From a virus: 64,000 nucleotides of DNA. Below are positions 38,643-48,747 of this stretch, in pieces; position 1 is the first letter of the stretch; each line of letters begins with the position of its first letter. The notes beneath the pieces were generated by a model. That model saw only the letters and a list, made by a program, of their open reading frames with translations. It was not told the DNA's origin and made no database searches. A program made the position numbers and the translations under genes. The stretch spans positions 1 through 64,000 of IMG/VR virus record IMGVR_UViG_3300044811_000031; one strand, written 5' to 3'.

Positions 38643-41600
38643 ATGGCTCTCGGATCGCTTGTGGGACGTGGATTTGTGAGAATAGATGCGGACACCAAGC
38701 CCGCCAAGAAGGCCATCATGGCGCTGGGAGCGATCGGCTCCCAGGGTGGGCTGATGGCGATCAGCAGCGCGCTGTCCAGCGTCGCTGTCCCGGCCATCGC
38801 CGCCGTCACCACCGCTACCTTCGCCATGGCCAACAGCTTCGCCGCCGCCGGTGCGGCGGCCGGTATCTTTGCCCTCGCGGTCAAGCCTCAGTTCGCCGAC
38901 ATCAGCAAGGCCATGAAGGGCCAGGCAATCGCGGAGGACGCGAAGACCAAGGCTGCCGTCCAGGCGTCGCTCGCGCAGGACATCGCGACCAAGAACGGCT
39001 ACAAGTACGGCACCCAGGTCAAGATCACATCCAAGATGACCGCTGCCGCCAAGGACAAGGCGACGGAGTACAACCGGGCGCTGGCCGCCTCCGGCAGCGC
39101 GAGCAAGACCGCCACCAAGGCGCAGGCCCTGTACAAGCAGGAGCTGGACGCCATGCCCCCGGCCACCCGCAAGACGGCCGAGGCGATGCAGAACTTGAAG
39201 GACGACACCAACTCCTGGAGCCGGTCGCTGGCCGCGACCACGATGCCGATCTTCACCCGGGGGATCAACATCATCCGGGGGCTGCTGCCCAAGCTGACCC
39301 CGATCGTCCATCTGGCATCCGAGCAGATCACCCAGTTCATGGACAACTTCCGGGGGGACCGGGGCGGGCTCTTCGTCAAGTTCGGCAAGAACATGCAGCT
39401 CCTCGCCGGTGGCTCGCTGGGTGTGCTGCTCCGCTCTCTGAAGAACATCGCCCTCGGCTTCGTCGGGGTGATGAACGCCTTCGCCCCCATGGCCATGGGG
39501 ATGGGGCTGGGCTTCGAGAGCCTGACCAAGAAGTTCGCCACCTTCGGCATCAAGCTCCAGTACAGCAAGGGCTTCAAGTCGTTCATCGCGCAGGCCCGCT
39601 CCCTCAAGCAGACCAACCTGCTGAAAACCATCGGGGACCTGGCCAAGATCGCCATCACGGCGGTGCAGGCGATGGGCCCCCTCGCCGGGGTCAGCCTCAA
39701 GATCGCTCAGGCGTTCGCGTCCATGCTCGCGGCCCTGCCGCCCGCCGTACTGACCAAGCTCGTCCAGGCCATCGTGCTGGCCAACGTGGCGTTCAAGGCG
39801 TACGCCATCTACACCGCCGCCGCCGCCGGGGTCACCTGGCTCTTCAGCACGGCCAACGGCGCCAGCCGTGTACAGATGGCCCTCACCCGGATCGAGCTCT
39901 ACGCCTGGAACATCCAGCTCCGGCTGATGGCCATGCAGCAGGGCATCGCCGCTGCCGCGACCTGGGCCTGGAACGCCGCGCTCACCGCGTCCACCGCCGT
40001 GGTCAACTTCTTCCGGCTGGCCAACCTGCGCGCCGTGGCGTCGGTCATCGCCACCCGCATCCAGATCATCGCCCTGGCCGTGGCACAGCGAGCGGCAGCC
40101 GTGGCGAGCGCCGTCGTCACCGCCGCCACGTGGGCGTGGTCGGTCGCGATGAACTCCACCGGCATTCCGCTGCTGATCATCGCCATCGCCGCCCTGGTCG
40201 CAGCGATCATCTGGATCGCAGTGAAGACCACCTGGTTCCAGACCGGCTGGAAGTACACCTGGAACGCGATCAAGGTCGCGGCGTTCTACGTCTGGCATGC
40301 GCTGGAAGCCGTCTGGCACGGCATCACCGTCGGCTACGAGGCGATCCTGTCCGCCGCGCAGGCCGTGTGGCGCTGGCTGAAGTCCAACTGGCCATATCTG
40401 GTCGGCATCCTCGGTGGGCCGTTCGGCCTCGCCGTTGCGTACATCACCAAGCACTGGGGCCAGGTCAGGGACTTCCTCATCTCCGGCTGGCACTCGATCT
40501 ACAACAACGTCGTCTCCCCGATCATCCACTTCTTCACCGTGTCGATCCCCAACGCGGCCGGGCACATGAGGGACTTCGTCAAGTCGGCCTTCCGGAGCAT
40601 GGTGCTGTTCATCCTCGACCGCTTCGGGGATGTGCTCCACGGCGCGGCGCGGCTCTTCGGCTGGGTGCCAGGAGTCGGCGGGAAGCTCAAGTCGGCCGAG
40701 CGCTCGTTCCAGAAGTTCCGGGACAACGTCAACAAGGCCCTGGGCGGGGTCAACGGCCACACCGTCAAGGTGCCGGTGAGCTTCCGGACCATCGGCGGGA
40801 CGAAGGTCTTCACCCGGGCCAGCGGTGGCGCGATCGACGGTGTCGGCACGGAGACGTCCGACTCCAACCTCGCCCTGGTGTCCAAGAACGAGCACGTCTG
40901 GAGTGCCAAGGAGGTCCGGGGCGCCGGTGGCCACGGGGCGATGGTCAGCATGCGCAGGGCCGCCAAGGAGGGCAAGCTCCCCGCCTTCGCCCAGGGCGGC
41001 ACGCTCGGTGTGACGACCTCGGCCCCGAACTACAAGAGCGTCAGTTCCGCGATGTCCCGGGCGATCATGGCGGAGATCAACCTGCACAAGAAGGCCCTGT
41101 TCAACACGCTGCCCATGGCGATGCTCGCGGGCGGCTTCGCCGGAGGGGGCAAGGCCCCGGTCGGCGGCGCGAACCACTGGCGTGGCCTCGTCATCACGAT
41201 GCTCAAGATGGTCGGCCAGTCGACCGGGCTGGTCAACACGGTGCTCCGGCGCATGCAGCAGGAGTCCGGGGGCAACCCGAACATCGTCAACAAGTGGGAC
41301 AGCAACTGGAAGGCCGGGCACCCCTCCGTCGGCCTGATGCAGGTCATCGGACCGACCTTCCGGGCGCACGCCGGTAAGTACCTGCACACGGGGCCGTTCC
41401 TCTACGGCACGTCGGTCAACCCGGCGGCCAACATCTACGCGTCCTTCCGCTACGCCCTCGGCCGGTACGGATCCCTGGCCAACGCCTTCAACCGCAAGGG
41501 CGGATACGACCTGGGTGGCGTGGCCAGCGGCACCGGCCTCTTCCCGAAGATGACCAGCGCGCCGGAGCGGGTCCTGTCCCCCCGGCAGACGGCCGCCTTC

Positions 41601-41774
41601 GAGAAGTCGATGAGCGGTGGCTTCGGCCAGGGCGGCCAGATGGTCGTCCACATCCACCTGGAGAACCACGGGGTCATCGGCAGCCGGGCAGAGCTGGAGC
41701 AGTGGCTGGTGGACTCCCTGGACTCCATCGGCCGCAAGCACCGCGTGCCTGCCTCGTTCGTGAAGAACGGGTGA
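38643..41774 (+). CDS. Tape measure protein with C-terminal lytic transglycosylase
   Basis: 1043 aa, Ala-rich helical, W-periodic segment; QQESGGNP...GLMQVI SLT motif. Confidence 0.9.
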   Translation: MALGSLVGRGFVRIDADTKPAKKAIMALGAIGSQGGLMAISSALSSVAVPAIAAVTTATFAMANSFAAAGAAAGIFALAVKPQFADISKAMKGQAIAEDAKTKAAVQASLAQDIATKNGYKYGTQVKITSKMTAAAKDKATEYNRALAASGSASKTATKAQALYKQELDAMPPATRKTAEAMQNLKDDTNSWSRSLAATTMPIFTRGINIIRGLLPKLTPIVHLASEQITQFMDNFRGDRGGLFVKFGKNMQLLAGGSLGVLLRSLKNIALGFVGVMNAFAPMAMGMGLGFESLTKKFATFGIKLQYSKGFKSFIAQARSLKQTNLLKTIGDLAKIAITAVQAMGPLAGVSLKIAQAFASMLAALPPAVLTKLVQAIVLANVAFKAYAIYTAAAAGVTWLFSTANGASRVQMALTRIELYAWNIQLRLMAMQQGIAAAATWAWNAALTASTAVVNFFRLANLRAVASVIATRIQIIALAVAQRAAAVASAVVTAATWAWSVAMNSTGIPLLIIAIAALVAAIIWIAVKTTWFQTGWKYTWNAIKVAAFYVWHALEAVWHGITVGYEAILSAAQAVWRWLKSNWPYLVGILGGPFGLAVAYITKHWGQVRDFLISGWHSIYNNVVSPIIHFFTVSIPNAAGHMRDFVKSAFRSMVLFILDRFGDVLHGAARLFGWVPGVGGKLKSAERSFQKFRDNVNKALGGVNGHTVKVPVSFRTIGGTKVFTRASGGAIDGVGTETSDSNLALVSKNEHVWSAKEVRGAGGHGAMVSMRRAAKEGKLPAFAQGGTLGVTTSAPNYKSVSSAMSRAIMAEINLHKKALFNTLPMAMLAGGFAGGGKAPVGGANHWRGLVITMLKMVGQSTGLVNTVLRRMQQESGGNPNIVNKWDSNWKAGHPSVGLMQVIGPTFRAHAGKYLHTGPFLYGTSVNPAANIYASFRYALGRYGSLANAFNRKGGYDLGGVASGTGLFPKMTSAPERVLSPRQTAAFEKSMSGGFGQGGQMVVHIHLENHGVIGSRAELEQWLVDSLDSIGRKHRVPASFVKNG

Positions 41775-41778
41775 CGCC

Positions 41779-44142
41779 GTGGCCATCGCCTTCCGCGCCG
41801 CAGGCGCCCGCACCAAGGTCGACATCGGCAACAGCGGCTCCCCGCAGAACGTCGGCCTCCCGGCCGGTCACCTCTCGGGGGACCTGCTGTTCATGGTCGT
41901 CCTCACCGACGACAACAACGGCCCCACCACCCCGTCCGGCTGGTCGAGCCTGTTCGGCTCCCAGCCCGGCAGCTCGCAGGCGTCGCCCTACATCGCCCGG
42001 CCGAGGATGCACGTCTTCTACCGCATAGACAACGGCTCCCTGGGCGCCAACGTCAGCGTCACCTTCAACACGTCCAGCTGGCCCACCGGCGACCCGTTCG
42101 TCGTCGCGTGCACCCTGGCGTACACCGGCTGCGACACCACGAGCCCTATCGGCCAGTGGCAGCAGAGCAACAACCAGAGCACCACGGCCGCGCAGGCCCA
42201 CCCGCAGATCACCGAGTCCCTCGCCAACTGCTGGCTGCTGACCTTCCGGGGCGTCAGCACCGACAGCCCTGCCGCCACCTTCACCAACTCGGTCGGCACG
42301 GATGCCGAGCGGGTGGACGACTCCGACGGCTTCAACGAGCTGGCCTTCGGCCTGTACGACTCCAACGTCGCCCTCGTGGCGGGTACCTACACCCAGCGCA
42401 CCACGACGGCCAGCCGCGCCACCACCTACGGCAACGTCCTCGCGAGCATCGCCATCCGCCCGGCGGCCGTGGCTGGGGCCGTGGTCGCCATCGCCGGTAC
42501 GGCGGAGGCCACCGGCACAGCCAACAACGTGACCGCGACCGCCCTGTCCGGCCCGTGGGACAACTGCGCCGTGCTGCCCTCCTACTCGTGGGCGATCGAC
42601 TGGGACGGCAACGGCGTCTTCACCGACCCGGGGGAGGACGTCCGGCCGGACATCCTGTCCGGTGGGGTGACGATCGAGTACGGCCGGGACCAGAGCCGAC
42701 AGCTCAGCCCGACCAAGATCGGCAGCATCGGGTTCTCGGTCAACAACACCACCCGCAAGTACAGCCCCGAGTACGCATCGGGCGTCCTGTTCGGGGACCT
42801 GGACCCGGCCCGGGAGATGAAGGGCTCGGTCGTCTTCTCCGGCACGACGTACCCCCTGGGCTTCGCCCGGATCGATGACTACAACATCCATGCCGACCGG
42901 GACAACCGGACCGTCGACTTCACCTTCCTCGACGGGCTCAAGCTGCTCGACGGCTTCCCCCTGTCCACGCCGGTGCTGTCGTCCATGCGCACCGGAGACC
43001 TGATCAGCTACATCCTCGATCAGGCCGGTTGGACCGGCACCCGGGACATCGACCCCGGCGCGACGATCGTCCCCTTCTGGTGGGTGGAGGGCCCCAGCGC
43101 GCTGTCCGCCATCCAGGATCTCGTCCGCTCCGAGGGCCCGCCCTCGATCGCCTACGTGGACCTGAACAACAACTTCATCTTCCGCGACCGGCACCACCGG
43201 CTGCTGCGGTCGTCCTCGATCAACGTCCAGGCGTCCTTCGCGGCGAAGGCCCTGGGCGACTGCACCGCCCCGGCGGTCACCGGGCTGAGCTTCACGGCGC
43301 CTTTCGACTACGCGCACGGCTGGCGGGACATCGTCAACTCGGTCAGCTTCGATGTGGACGAGCGCTCCCCCGATGCCGAGTACACCGTCGTGTGGAACTC
43401 GGACAGCTCGTACTCCCTGGCCATCGGCGAGAGCCAGACGATCGACATCTCCGGGTCCGACCCGTTCATCAACGCGCAGGATCTCACCCTCGGAACCGAC
43501 TACACCGTGACCGGCGCCGGGACGGTCACCACCACGGTCTCCCGCGACTCCGGCCAGTCGGTGCGGATCACCCTGCTGGCCATCGGCGGCTCCGTCGTCA
43601 TCTCCAACCTCCAGCTGAGGGGCAGGGCCATCCCTGTCCGGCGGACCATCAAGGTCTCCCAGACGGACGCCGCCTCGATCACGTCCCACGGTGAGCGGTC
43701 GTATCCGGACAGCGCCCCCTGGTCCAACGTCCAGGACGCCTACGCCATAGCGACGATGATCCTGCTCCACTACGCGCACCGACGCCCCACCGTCTCGCTG
43801 CGCCTGGCGGCCTCCGACCCGGAGCACTACCAGCAGATCCTGTCCCGGATGATCTCCGACCGGATCCACATCGTCAACGCCGAGATGGGCATCAACGACG
43901 ACTTCTTCGTGGAGACGATCACCCACAAGATCGACCGGATGAACCAGACCGGGAAGCCGCCGCTGCACTCGGTCGTCCTCGGCTGCGAGAAGCAGCTGAC
44001 CCTGAACACCAACCCGTTCCGCTTCGATGTGCGTGGCTCCGGGTTCGACCAGGGCGTGTTCGACCCGATCACCTCCGACGACCCGACCACCGTGTTCGTC
44101 TTCGACCAGGGCATGTTCGACACCGATCTGTACGGGACGTGA
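41779..44142 (+). CDS. Minor tail protein (distal tail/hub-like with N-terminal accessory domain)
   Basis: Directly after TMP; IDWDGNG, FIFRDRHHR. Confidence 0.7.
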   Translation: MAIAFRAAGARTKVDIGNSGSPQNVGLPAGHLSGDLLFMVVLTDDNNGPTTPSGWSSLFGSQPGSSQASPYIARPRMHVFYRIDNGSLGANVSVTFNTSSWPTGDPFVVACTLAYTGCDTTSPIGQWQQSNNQSTTAAQAHPQITESLANCWLLTFRGVSTDSPAATFTNSVGTDAERVDDSDGFNELAFGLYDSNVALVAGTYTQRTTTASRATTYGNVLASIAIRPAAVAGAVVAIAGTAEATGTANNVTATALSGPWDNCAVLPSYSWAIDWDGNGVFTDPGEDVRPDILSGGVTIEYGRDQSRQLSPTKIGSIGFSVNNTTRKYSPEYASGVLFGDLDPAREMKGSVVFSGTTYPLGFARIDDYNIHADRDNRTVDFTFLDGLKLLDGFPLSTPVLSSMRTGDLISYILDQAGWTGTRDIDPGATIVPFWWVEGPSALSAIQDLVRSEGPPSIAYVDLNNNFIFRDRHHRLLRSSSINVQASFAAKALGDCTAPAVTGLSFTAPFDYAHGWRDIVNSVSFDVDERSPDAEYTVVWNSDSSYSLAIGESQTIDISGSDPFINAQDLTLGTDYTVTGAGTVTTTVSRDSGQSVRITLLAIGGSVVISNLQLRGRAIPVRRTIKVSQTDAASITSHGERSYPDSAPWSNVQDAYAIATMILLHYAHRRPTVSLRLAASDPEHYQQILSRMISDRIHIVNAEMGINDDFFVETITHKIDRMNQTGKPPLHSVVLGCEKQLTLNTNPFRFDVRGSGFDQGVFDPITSDDPTTVFVFDQGMFDTDLYGT

Positions 44143-44149
44143 GAGAGAA

Positions 44150-44512
44150 ATGAGCCAGCTGCTGCTGCCCAGTTCGCAGGCGTACATCTACTGCGGCGAG
44201 TGGGTGGGCGACTGCCCCCGCGAGGGCTGCGCCAACGTCGAGTTCCTCTGGATGCCGCTGGTGCCCAACGGCCCCCGGGTCCAGCCCAAGCCGATGTATG
44301 TCTGCTCGTACTGCGGCATGCAGGCGGTCATCGAGTGGCCGGACAGCGAGTTCATGGTCGGGGCGATGGCCGTGCTCATGCAGCGGCCGGTGCCCGACAA
44401 CCGGAACTGGTACCCGGCCGACCACGACGTCGCCACCCGGTTCCGCATCCCCCACGGGCAGACGCTCGATGACCTGAGGGCCGAGAACGAAGCTCACGGA
44501 GTGGAGGTGTGA
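44150..44512 (+). CDS. Zn-binding tail-associated protein
   Basis: WVGDCPREGC...CSYCG...RNWYP. Confidence 0.6.
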   Translation: MSQLLLPSSQAYIYCGEWVGDCPREGCANVEFLWMPLVPNGPRVQPKPMYVCSYCGMQAVIEWPDSEFMVGAMAVLMQRPVPDNRNWYPADHDVATRFRIPHGQTLDDLRAENEAHGVEV

Positions 44513-44513
44513 C

Positions 44514-45053
44514 ATGGCGTGGTCCAGCCCTATGACGGCAGTAGCCGGGGCGACGTTCACGGCTGCCCAGTTCAACCAGTACGTCCGGGACAACCTGAAC
44601 GAATGCCCGACGGCCAAGGCCACCGTGGCGTCGCAGATGTTCATCAGCACCGGGGCCAACGCCCTCGTCGCCCGGGCGCCGGGCACGGCCACCGTGGTCA
44701 CCAACCAGACCACGGCGTCGACCTCCTACGTCGACCTCACCACGGTCGGCCCGGCGTTCACGGTGAACACCGGCACCATCGCCATCGTCTCGTTCTCCGC
44801 CTCGGTGGCCAACAACGTGGCCAACAGCGCGGCCAACGTCTCCGTGGCGGTGTCCGGAGCGTCGTCCGTCGCCGCGAGCGACAACTGGTGCCTGCTGTTC
44901 GACGGCAACGCGGCAGGCAACTTCAGCCGGGCCGGGAACACCCACGTCTTCTCCGGCCTGACCCCCGGGTCCAACACCTTCACCACGAAGTACAAGGTCG
45001 GCTCCAACACCGGCAGCTTCCAGTTCCGCGAGATCAACGTCATCCCCCTGTGA
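44514..45053 (+). CDS. Short tail fibre / receptor-binding-like protein, paralog 1
   Basis: MAWxxPxTAVxG...AAQFNxxxRDNL N-terminus shared by three paralogs. Confidence 0.65.
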   Translation: MAWSSPMTAVAGATFTAAQFNQYVRDNLNECPTAKATVASQMFISTGANALVARAPGTATVVTNQTTASTSYVDLTTVGPAFTVNTGTIAIVSFSASVANNVANSAANVSVAVSGASSVAASDNWCLLFDGNAAGNFSRAGNTHVFSGLTPGSNTFTTKYKVGSNTGSFQFREINVIPL

Positions 45054-45066
45054 GAGGAGGGTCCGC

Positions 45067-45363
45067 ATGGCCACCATCCGCGCCTACGTCAACCAGCTCT
45101 GGGACGCTCAGCAGTTCATCGCCAGGCAGCTCGGGTCCGACCTCGCCCGGGGGCCGCTGGAGCAGCGGGCGGCCGTCCTGTCCATCGATCTGACCACGGC
45201 CGTGATCCTCAAGACCCTCGTGGACGCCGGGGTCACCACCGACGTCGCCCTCCAGGCGACCATGACCAGCGTGCGGAACGCCATTTACAAGCGGCAGCCC
45301 GGCTTCGTCCCGGCCCCCGGGGACAACGACGAAGGCGTCACCCCGCAGCCGGATCTGGGGTGA
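45067..45363 (+). CDS. Hypothetical protein
   Basis: GAGGAGG RBS. Confidence 0.6.
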   Translation: MATIRAYVNQLWDAQQFIARQLGSDLARGPLEQRAAVLSIDLTTAVILKTLVDAGVTTDVALQATMTSVRNAIYKRQPGFVPAPGDNDEGVTPQPDLG

Positions 45364-45369
45364 CTGAAC

Positions 45370-45921
45370 ATGGCATGGACTGCTCCCATGACAGCGGTGT
45401 CCGGCAGCGTCTACACGGCTGCCCAGTTCAACACCCACGTCCGGGACAACCTGAACGAGACGGCCGTGGCCCACGCTGCCAACCTGGGCGGGTACTTCGT
45501 CACCGCCGGGACCAACCAGATCGTGGAGAGGCTGATCGGGCAGTCGACCCTGAACGCCTCCAGTGTGACGTCGTCCACCAGCTACACCGATCTGGACGAC
45601 GGGATCCCCGGCCCGACCGTCACCCTGACCACCGGCAGCACGGCCCTGGTCACCGTCGGCGGGCGCATCGGCCCCAACACGGTCGCCACCCCGAGCACGA
45701 AGATGAGCTGGGAGGTATCCGGCGCGTCCTCCGTCACGGCGGCCGACGACTGGGCAGCCGGGCAGGTCAACTCCGGCACGACCACCATGGTCGTCTACAC
45801 CTGCCGCACGTACCTGGCCACCGGCCTGACTCCCGGCGTGAACACCTTCACCGCGAAGTACTGCGTCAGCTCGGGCACCGGCACCTACAGCGTCCGCAAC
45901 ATCAACGTTCTGCCGTTCTGA
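45370..45921 (+). CDS. Short tail fibre / receptor-binding-like protein, paralog 2
   Basis: Same architecture as 44514. Confidence 0.65.
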   Translation: MAWTAPMTAVSGSVYTAAQFNTHVRDNLNETAVAHAANLGGYFVTAGTNQIVERLIGQSTLNASSVTSSTSYTDLDDGIPGPTVTLTTGSTALVTVGGRIGPNTVATPSTKMSWEVSGASSVTAADDWAAGQVNSGTTTMVVYTCRTYLATGLTPGVNTFTAKYCVSSGTGTYSVRNINVLPF

Positions 45922-45934
45922 GGGAGGTGATCGT

Positions 45935-46480
45935 ATGGCCTGGACCGCCGTCCCCACGGCCGTGGCCGGGTCCGTGGTGTCCGCCGCGCAGTTCAACACC
46001 TACATCCGGGACAACCTCCTCGCCTCGGAGGCTGCCGCCTGCCTGACGCCGGGCAGCTTCCCGGTCACCTCCGGAGCCAACGCCGTGGTCGAGAGGATCC
46101 CGGCCACGGCCATCGTCGCCGCCGGTGAGACCGTGACGTCAGCTACGTACGCCGACTGTGCGACCCCCGGCCCGTCGGTGACGTGCGCTACCGGCACCAT
46201 CGCTCTGGTCATCGTCGGCGGCCGTATCGGCCCGAACACGGTCGCCACCCCGAGCACGAAGATGAGCTGGGAGGTCAGCGGGGCGACGACCATCGCGGCA
46301 TCGGACACGTGGGCGGCCGGTATGGTCAACCCCGGTACCACCACCTTCGCCATCTACACATCCCGGTGGTTCCGGACCACGGCCCTCACCCCGGGCAACA
46401 ACACCTTCAAAGCCAAGTACGCGGCCAGCTCGGGTACGGCCACCTACACCTTCCGCTCCATCCACGTCATTCCGTTCTGA
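45935..46480 (+). CDS. Short tail fibre / receptor-binding-like protein, paralog 3
   Basis: Same architecture; GGAGGT RBS. Confidence 0.65.
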   Translation: MAWTAVPTAVAGSVVSAAQFNTYIRDNLLASEAAACLTPGSFPVTSGANAVVERIPATAIVAAGETVTSATYADCATPGPSVTCATGTIALVIVGGRIGPNTVATPSTKMSWEVSGATTIAASDTWAAGMVNPGTTTFAIYTSRWFRTTALTPGNNTFKAKYAASSGTATYTFRSIHVIPF

Positions 46481-46487
46481 GGAGATC

Positions 46488-46802
46488 ATGGACTTCAGCC
46501 GGTTCCTCAGCCCGGACGTCGGTGCCGTCGGCATCCTCGTCCTCGTCGTCCTGCTCATCCTCTGGGGACTGCTGCTCCCCCGGTCGACGGTCAAGGCCCT
46601 GCTCGACGCCAAGGACGAGCAGGTGGAGCTGTACCGGTCCGCCTACCGGGACGCCATGGAGACCGTCGGGATCAAGGACCGGCAGATAGGCCAGCTGATG
46701 GAGATGGCCCGCACCACCACCCACGTGATCGAAGCCCTTCCGGGAGCGATCGGCCGGGACGGGGGTGACACCCATGCGCTGGACCCTGCGAAGGAAGGTT
46801 GA
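46488..46802 (+). CDS. Membrane protein (lysis cassette)
   Basis: N-terminal TM then coiled coil. Confidence 0.6.
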   Translation: MDFSRFLSPDVGAVGILVLVVLLILWGLLLPRSTVKALLDAKDEQVELYRSAYRDAMETVGIKDRQIGQLMEMARTTTHVIEALPGAIGRDGGDTHALDPAKEG

Positions 46803-46803
46803 C

Positions 46804-46989
46804 ATGATCAAGAGCGAAGACACCGAGGCTCGTCATGCAGCTCAGCACGCCAAGGCAGTCCGGAACAAGGCCCTCGAAGACACCGGGGAGATCGCCGCCC
46901 TGAGCAACAGGCTCCGCACCCTGCGGGAGACCAACCACTTCGCCGACCTGATCCGGGCGGCCCTGAACGGTGAGGCCCACAGACCGTGA
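46804..46989 (+). CDS. Small protein (lysis cassette)
   Basis: LRETNHFADLIRAAL motif; RBS. Confidence 0.55.
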   Translation: MIKSEDTEARHAAQHAKAVRNKALEDTGEIAALSNRLRTLRETNHFADLIRAALNGEAHRP

Positions 46990-47294
46990 ACACCTACGAG
47001 ACGATCAACTACTGGGCGAGCATGTACGCCTCCATCGCCTGCATCGCCTTCGTGATCGCCTACTCGGTCCTGGCACCATGGTGGAAGACCTCCACCGGGC
47101 GCATGATCATGATGCTGGTCGGCGGGCTGGCCGGGCTGGCGATACTGAGCATCGCCTTCTACCAGGTCCGGGACGCGGACACCGTCCGGGCCATCCGCTC
47201 CGTCCTGGTGATCCTCGTCGGCACCGCCCTGTGGTGGCAGGCCGGAGCCGTGGTCAGGGTCCAGATACAGCGCAGACGGGAGAAGCGGCGATGA
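46986..47294 (+). CDS. Putative holin
   Basis: Three TM segments, APWWKTSTGR, basic C-terminus, directly before endolysin. Confidence 0.65.
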   Translation: MNTYETINYWASMYASIACIAFVIAYSVLAPWWKTSTGRMIMMLVGGLAGLAILSIAFYQVRDADTVRAIRSVLVILVGTALWWQAGAVVRVQIQRRREKRR

Positions 47295-48517
47295 GTAAGA
47301 TCACCATCTGGCAGGCTCTGGCCCGCTGCGCGCTGACCACCCACTGGGCCGTCAACATGTGCGACAACTTCTGCGCCAACATGTACGGCTACGCCTTCTC
47401 CGGCTACACCGACGCCGTGGCCCACTGGAACCACCTGCCCGCTGCCGACAAGCATCCCGGGGACGACACCGTCCCGCCGGGCATGCTGGCCTTCTGGGGT
47501 GGGGGCCACGGCCACGTCGCCGTCTCCGACGGTACGGGGTACGTCTGGTCCACGGACATCTCCGGCGCGGGTACCGTGAGCCGTGTGCCCCTCGGCCTGG
47601 TCGCCTCCCGCTGGGGCAAGCCCTACCTGGGCTGGGGGGAGCCGATGTTCCAGGGCATAGCTTGGAGTGAGACCGTGCCACGAGTGATGAGGGACAGCAC
47701 CAACCCCGCCGACATCCCCCTGGCCGGGACGGACCTGGTCGCCGGATACCTGAACGGCAGCTACGCGTGGTCGGCCGCCGGGTGGGCCCGCTTCCCCGAC
47801 GCCGGGCACGTGACGATCGACGTCAACGGCACCCGGCCGGATGCCGACGTGCTCGACGTGGAGCCCGGCGACGCCACCGTGGCGGGCGGCGTGCGCTGGC
47901 TGCCCAAGGCCCTGGCCGTCAGCCGTGACTTCGTCCCGGTGATCTACTGCAACCGCAGCAACCGCACGGCCTTCGTCACCGCCGCGAAGACGGCCGGGTT
48001 CAGCATCAACACCCACTACAAGTTCTGGGTCGCGACGCTGGACGGCACCCGCACCCTGAGCGACATGACCGGCGTCGCGGCCATCCAGTGGGCGGGTGCC
48101 GGGCAGACCGGCCACCACTACGATCAGTCCGACGTGTTCGATGACACCTGGAAGGCGACCGACATGCCGCTCACCACGGCCGACAAGGCCTGGATCTCCG
48201 CCGAGTTCGTCAAGCAGCTGAAGGCCGTGGTCTACGGCCAGGTCTGGGACCAGGACAAGATGCCCGCTCCCGACACCGCGCCCGACAAGGCGACCAACGC
48301 CAACCAGCTCCCGCGCAACGTCGTGCGCAGCACGTACGACCTCGCCAACACCACCGAGCAGACCGCCCGCGCCGTTCTCGCGCAGGCCGAGACCATCGGC
48401 GTCTCGCTCAGCGAGATCAAGGCGACGCTCGCGGCTCTCGATCTCTCCCAGCTCCCGGCGGAGATCGCCGCCCGGCTGGAGACCCTCAAGCTCAACGTCA
48501 CCGTGTCGGAGGTCTGA
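47291..48517 (+). CDS. Endolysin (CHAP/NlpC-like peptidase + glycoside hydrolase-like domain)
   Basis: MCDNFC...GHGHVAVS; VLDVEPGD...PVIYC...AAIQW. Confidence 0.75.
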   Translation: MSKITIWQALARCALTTHWAVNMCDNFCANMYGYAFSGYTDAVAHWNHLPAADKHPGDDTVPPGMLAFWGGGHGHVAVSDGTGYVWSTDISGAGTVSRVPLGLVASRWGKPYLGWGEPMFQGIAWSETVPRVMRDSTNPADIPLAGTDLVAGYLNGSYAWSAAGWARFPDAGHVTIDVNGTRPDADVLDVEPGDATVAGGVRWLPKALAVSRDFVPVIYCNRSNRTAFVTAAKTAGFSINTHYKFWVATLDGTRTLSDMTGVAAIQWAGAGQTGHHYDQSDVFDDTWKATDMPLTTADKAWISAEFVKQLKAVVYGQVWDQDKMPAPDTAPDKATNANQLPRNVVRSTYDLANTTEQTARAVLAQAETIGVSLSEIKATLAALDLSQLPAEIAARLETLKLNVTVSEV

Positions 48518-48519
48518 TC

Positions 48520-48747
48520 ATGTCGCAGTTCGCACAGCTCGAAGAGACCGCGCGGGCGGCTGCCGTCGCCGTACTGCGGGAGGCCCTGGAGCGTATCGAG
48601 ACCCTGGAGAAGAAGGTCGAAGACCTCCTGTCCGCCCCCGCCCCCAAGGCGCCGCCCGCCCCCGCCGCTGCTCCGGCCGCCAAGGGGTCGTCCACGACCG
48701 CGCGGGCGCAGAGCGCCACCGCCAAGGGAACGTCAGGGAACAAGTGA
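48520..48747 (+). CDS. Hypothetical protein
   Basis: GGAGGT RBS; coiled coil plus P/A-rich tail. Confidence 0.55.
   Translation: MSQFAQLEETARAAAVAVLREALERIETLEKKVEDLLSAPAPKAPPAPAAAPAAKGSSTTARAQSATAKGTSGNK

Noticed and set aside
44514-46480. Diversity-generating retroelement or invertible tail-fibre switch
   Set aside because: No RT, no adenine-specific TR/VR pair, no invertase; all copies on the same strand
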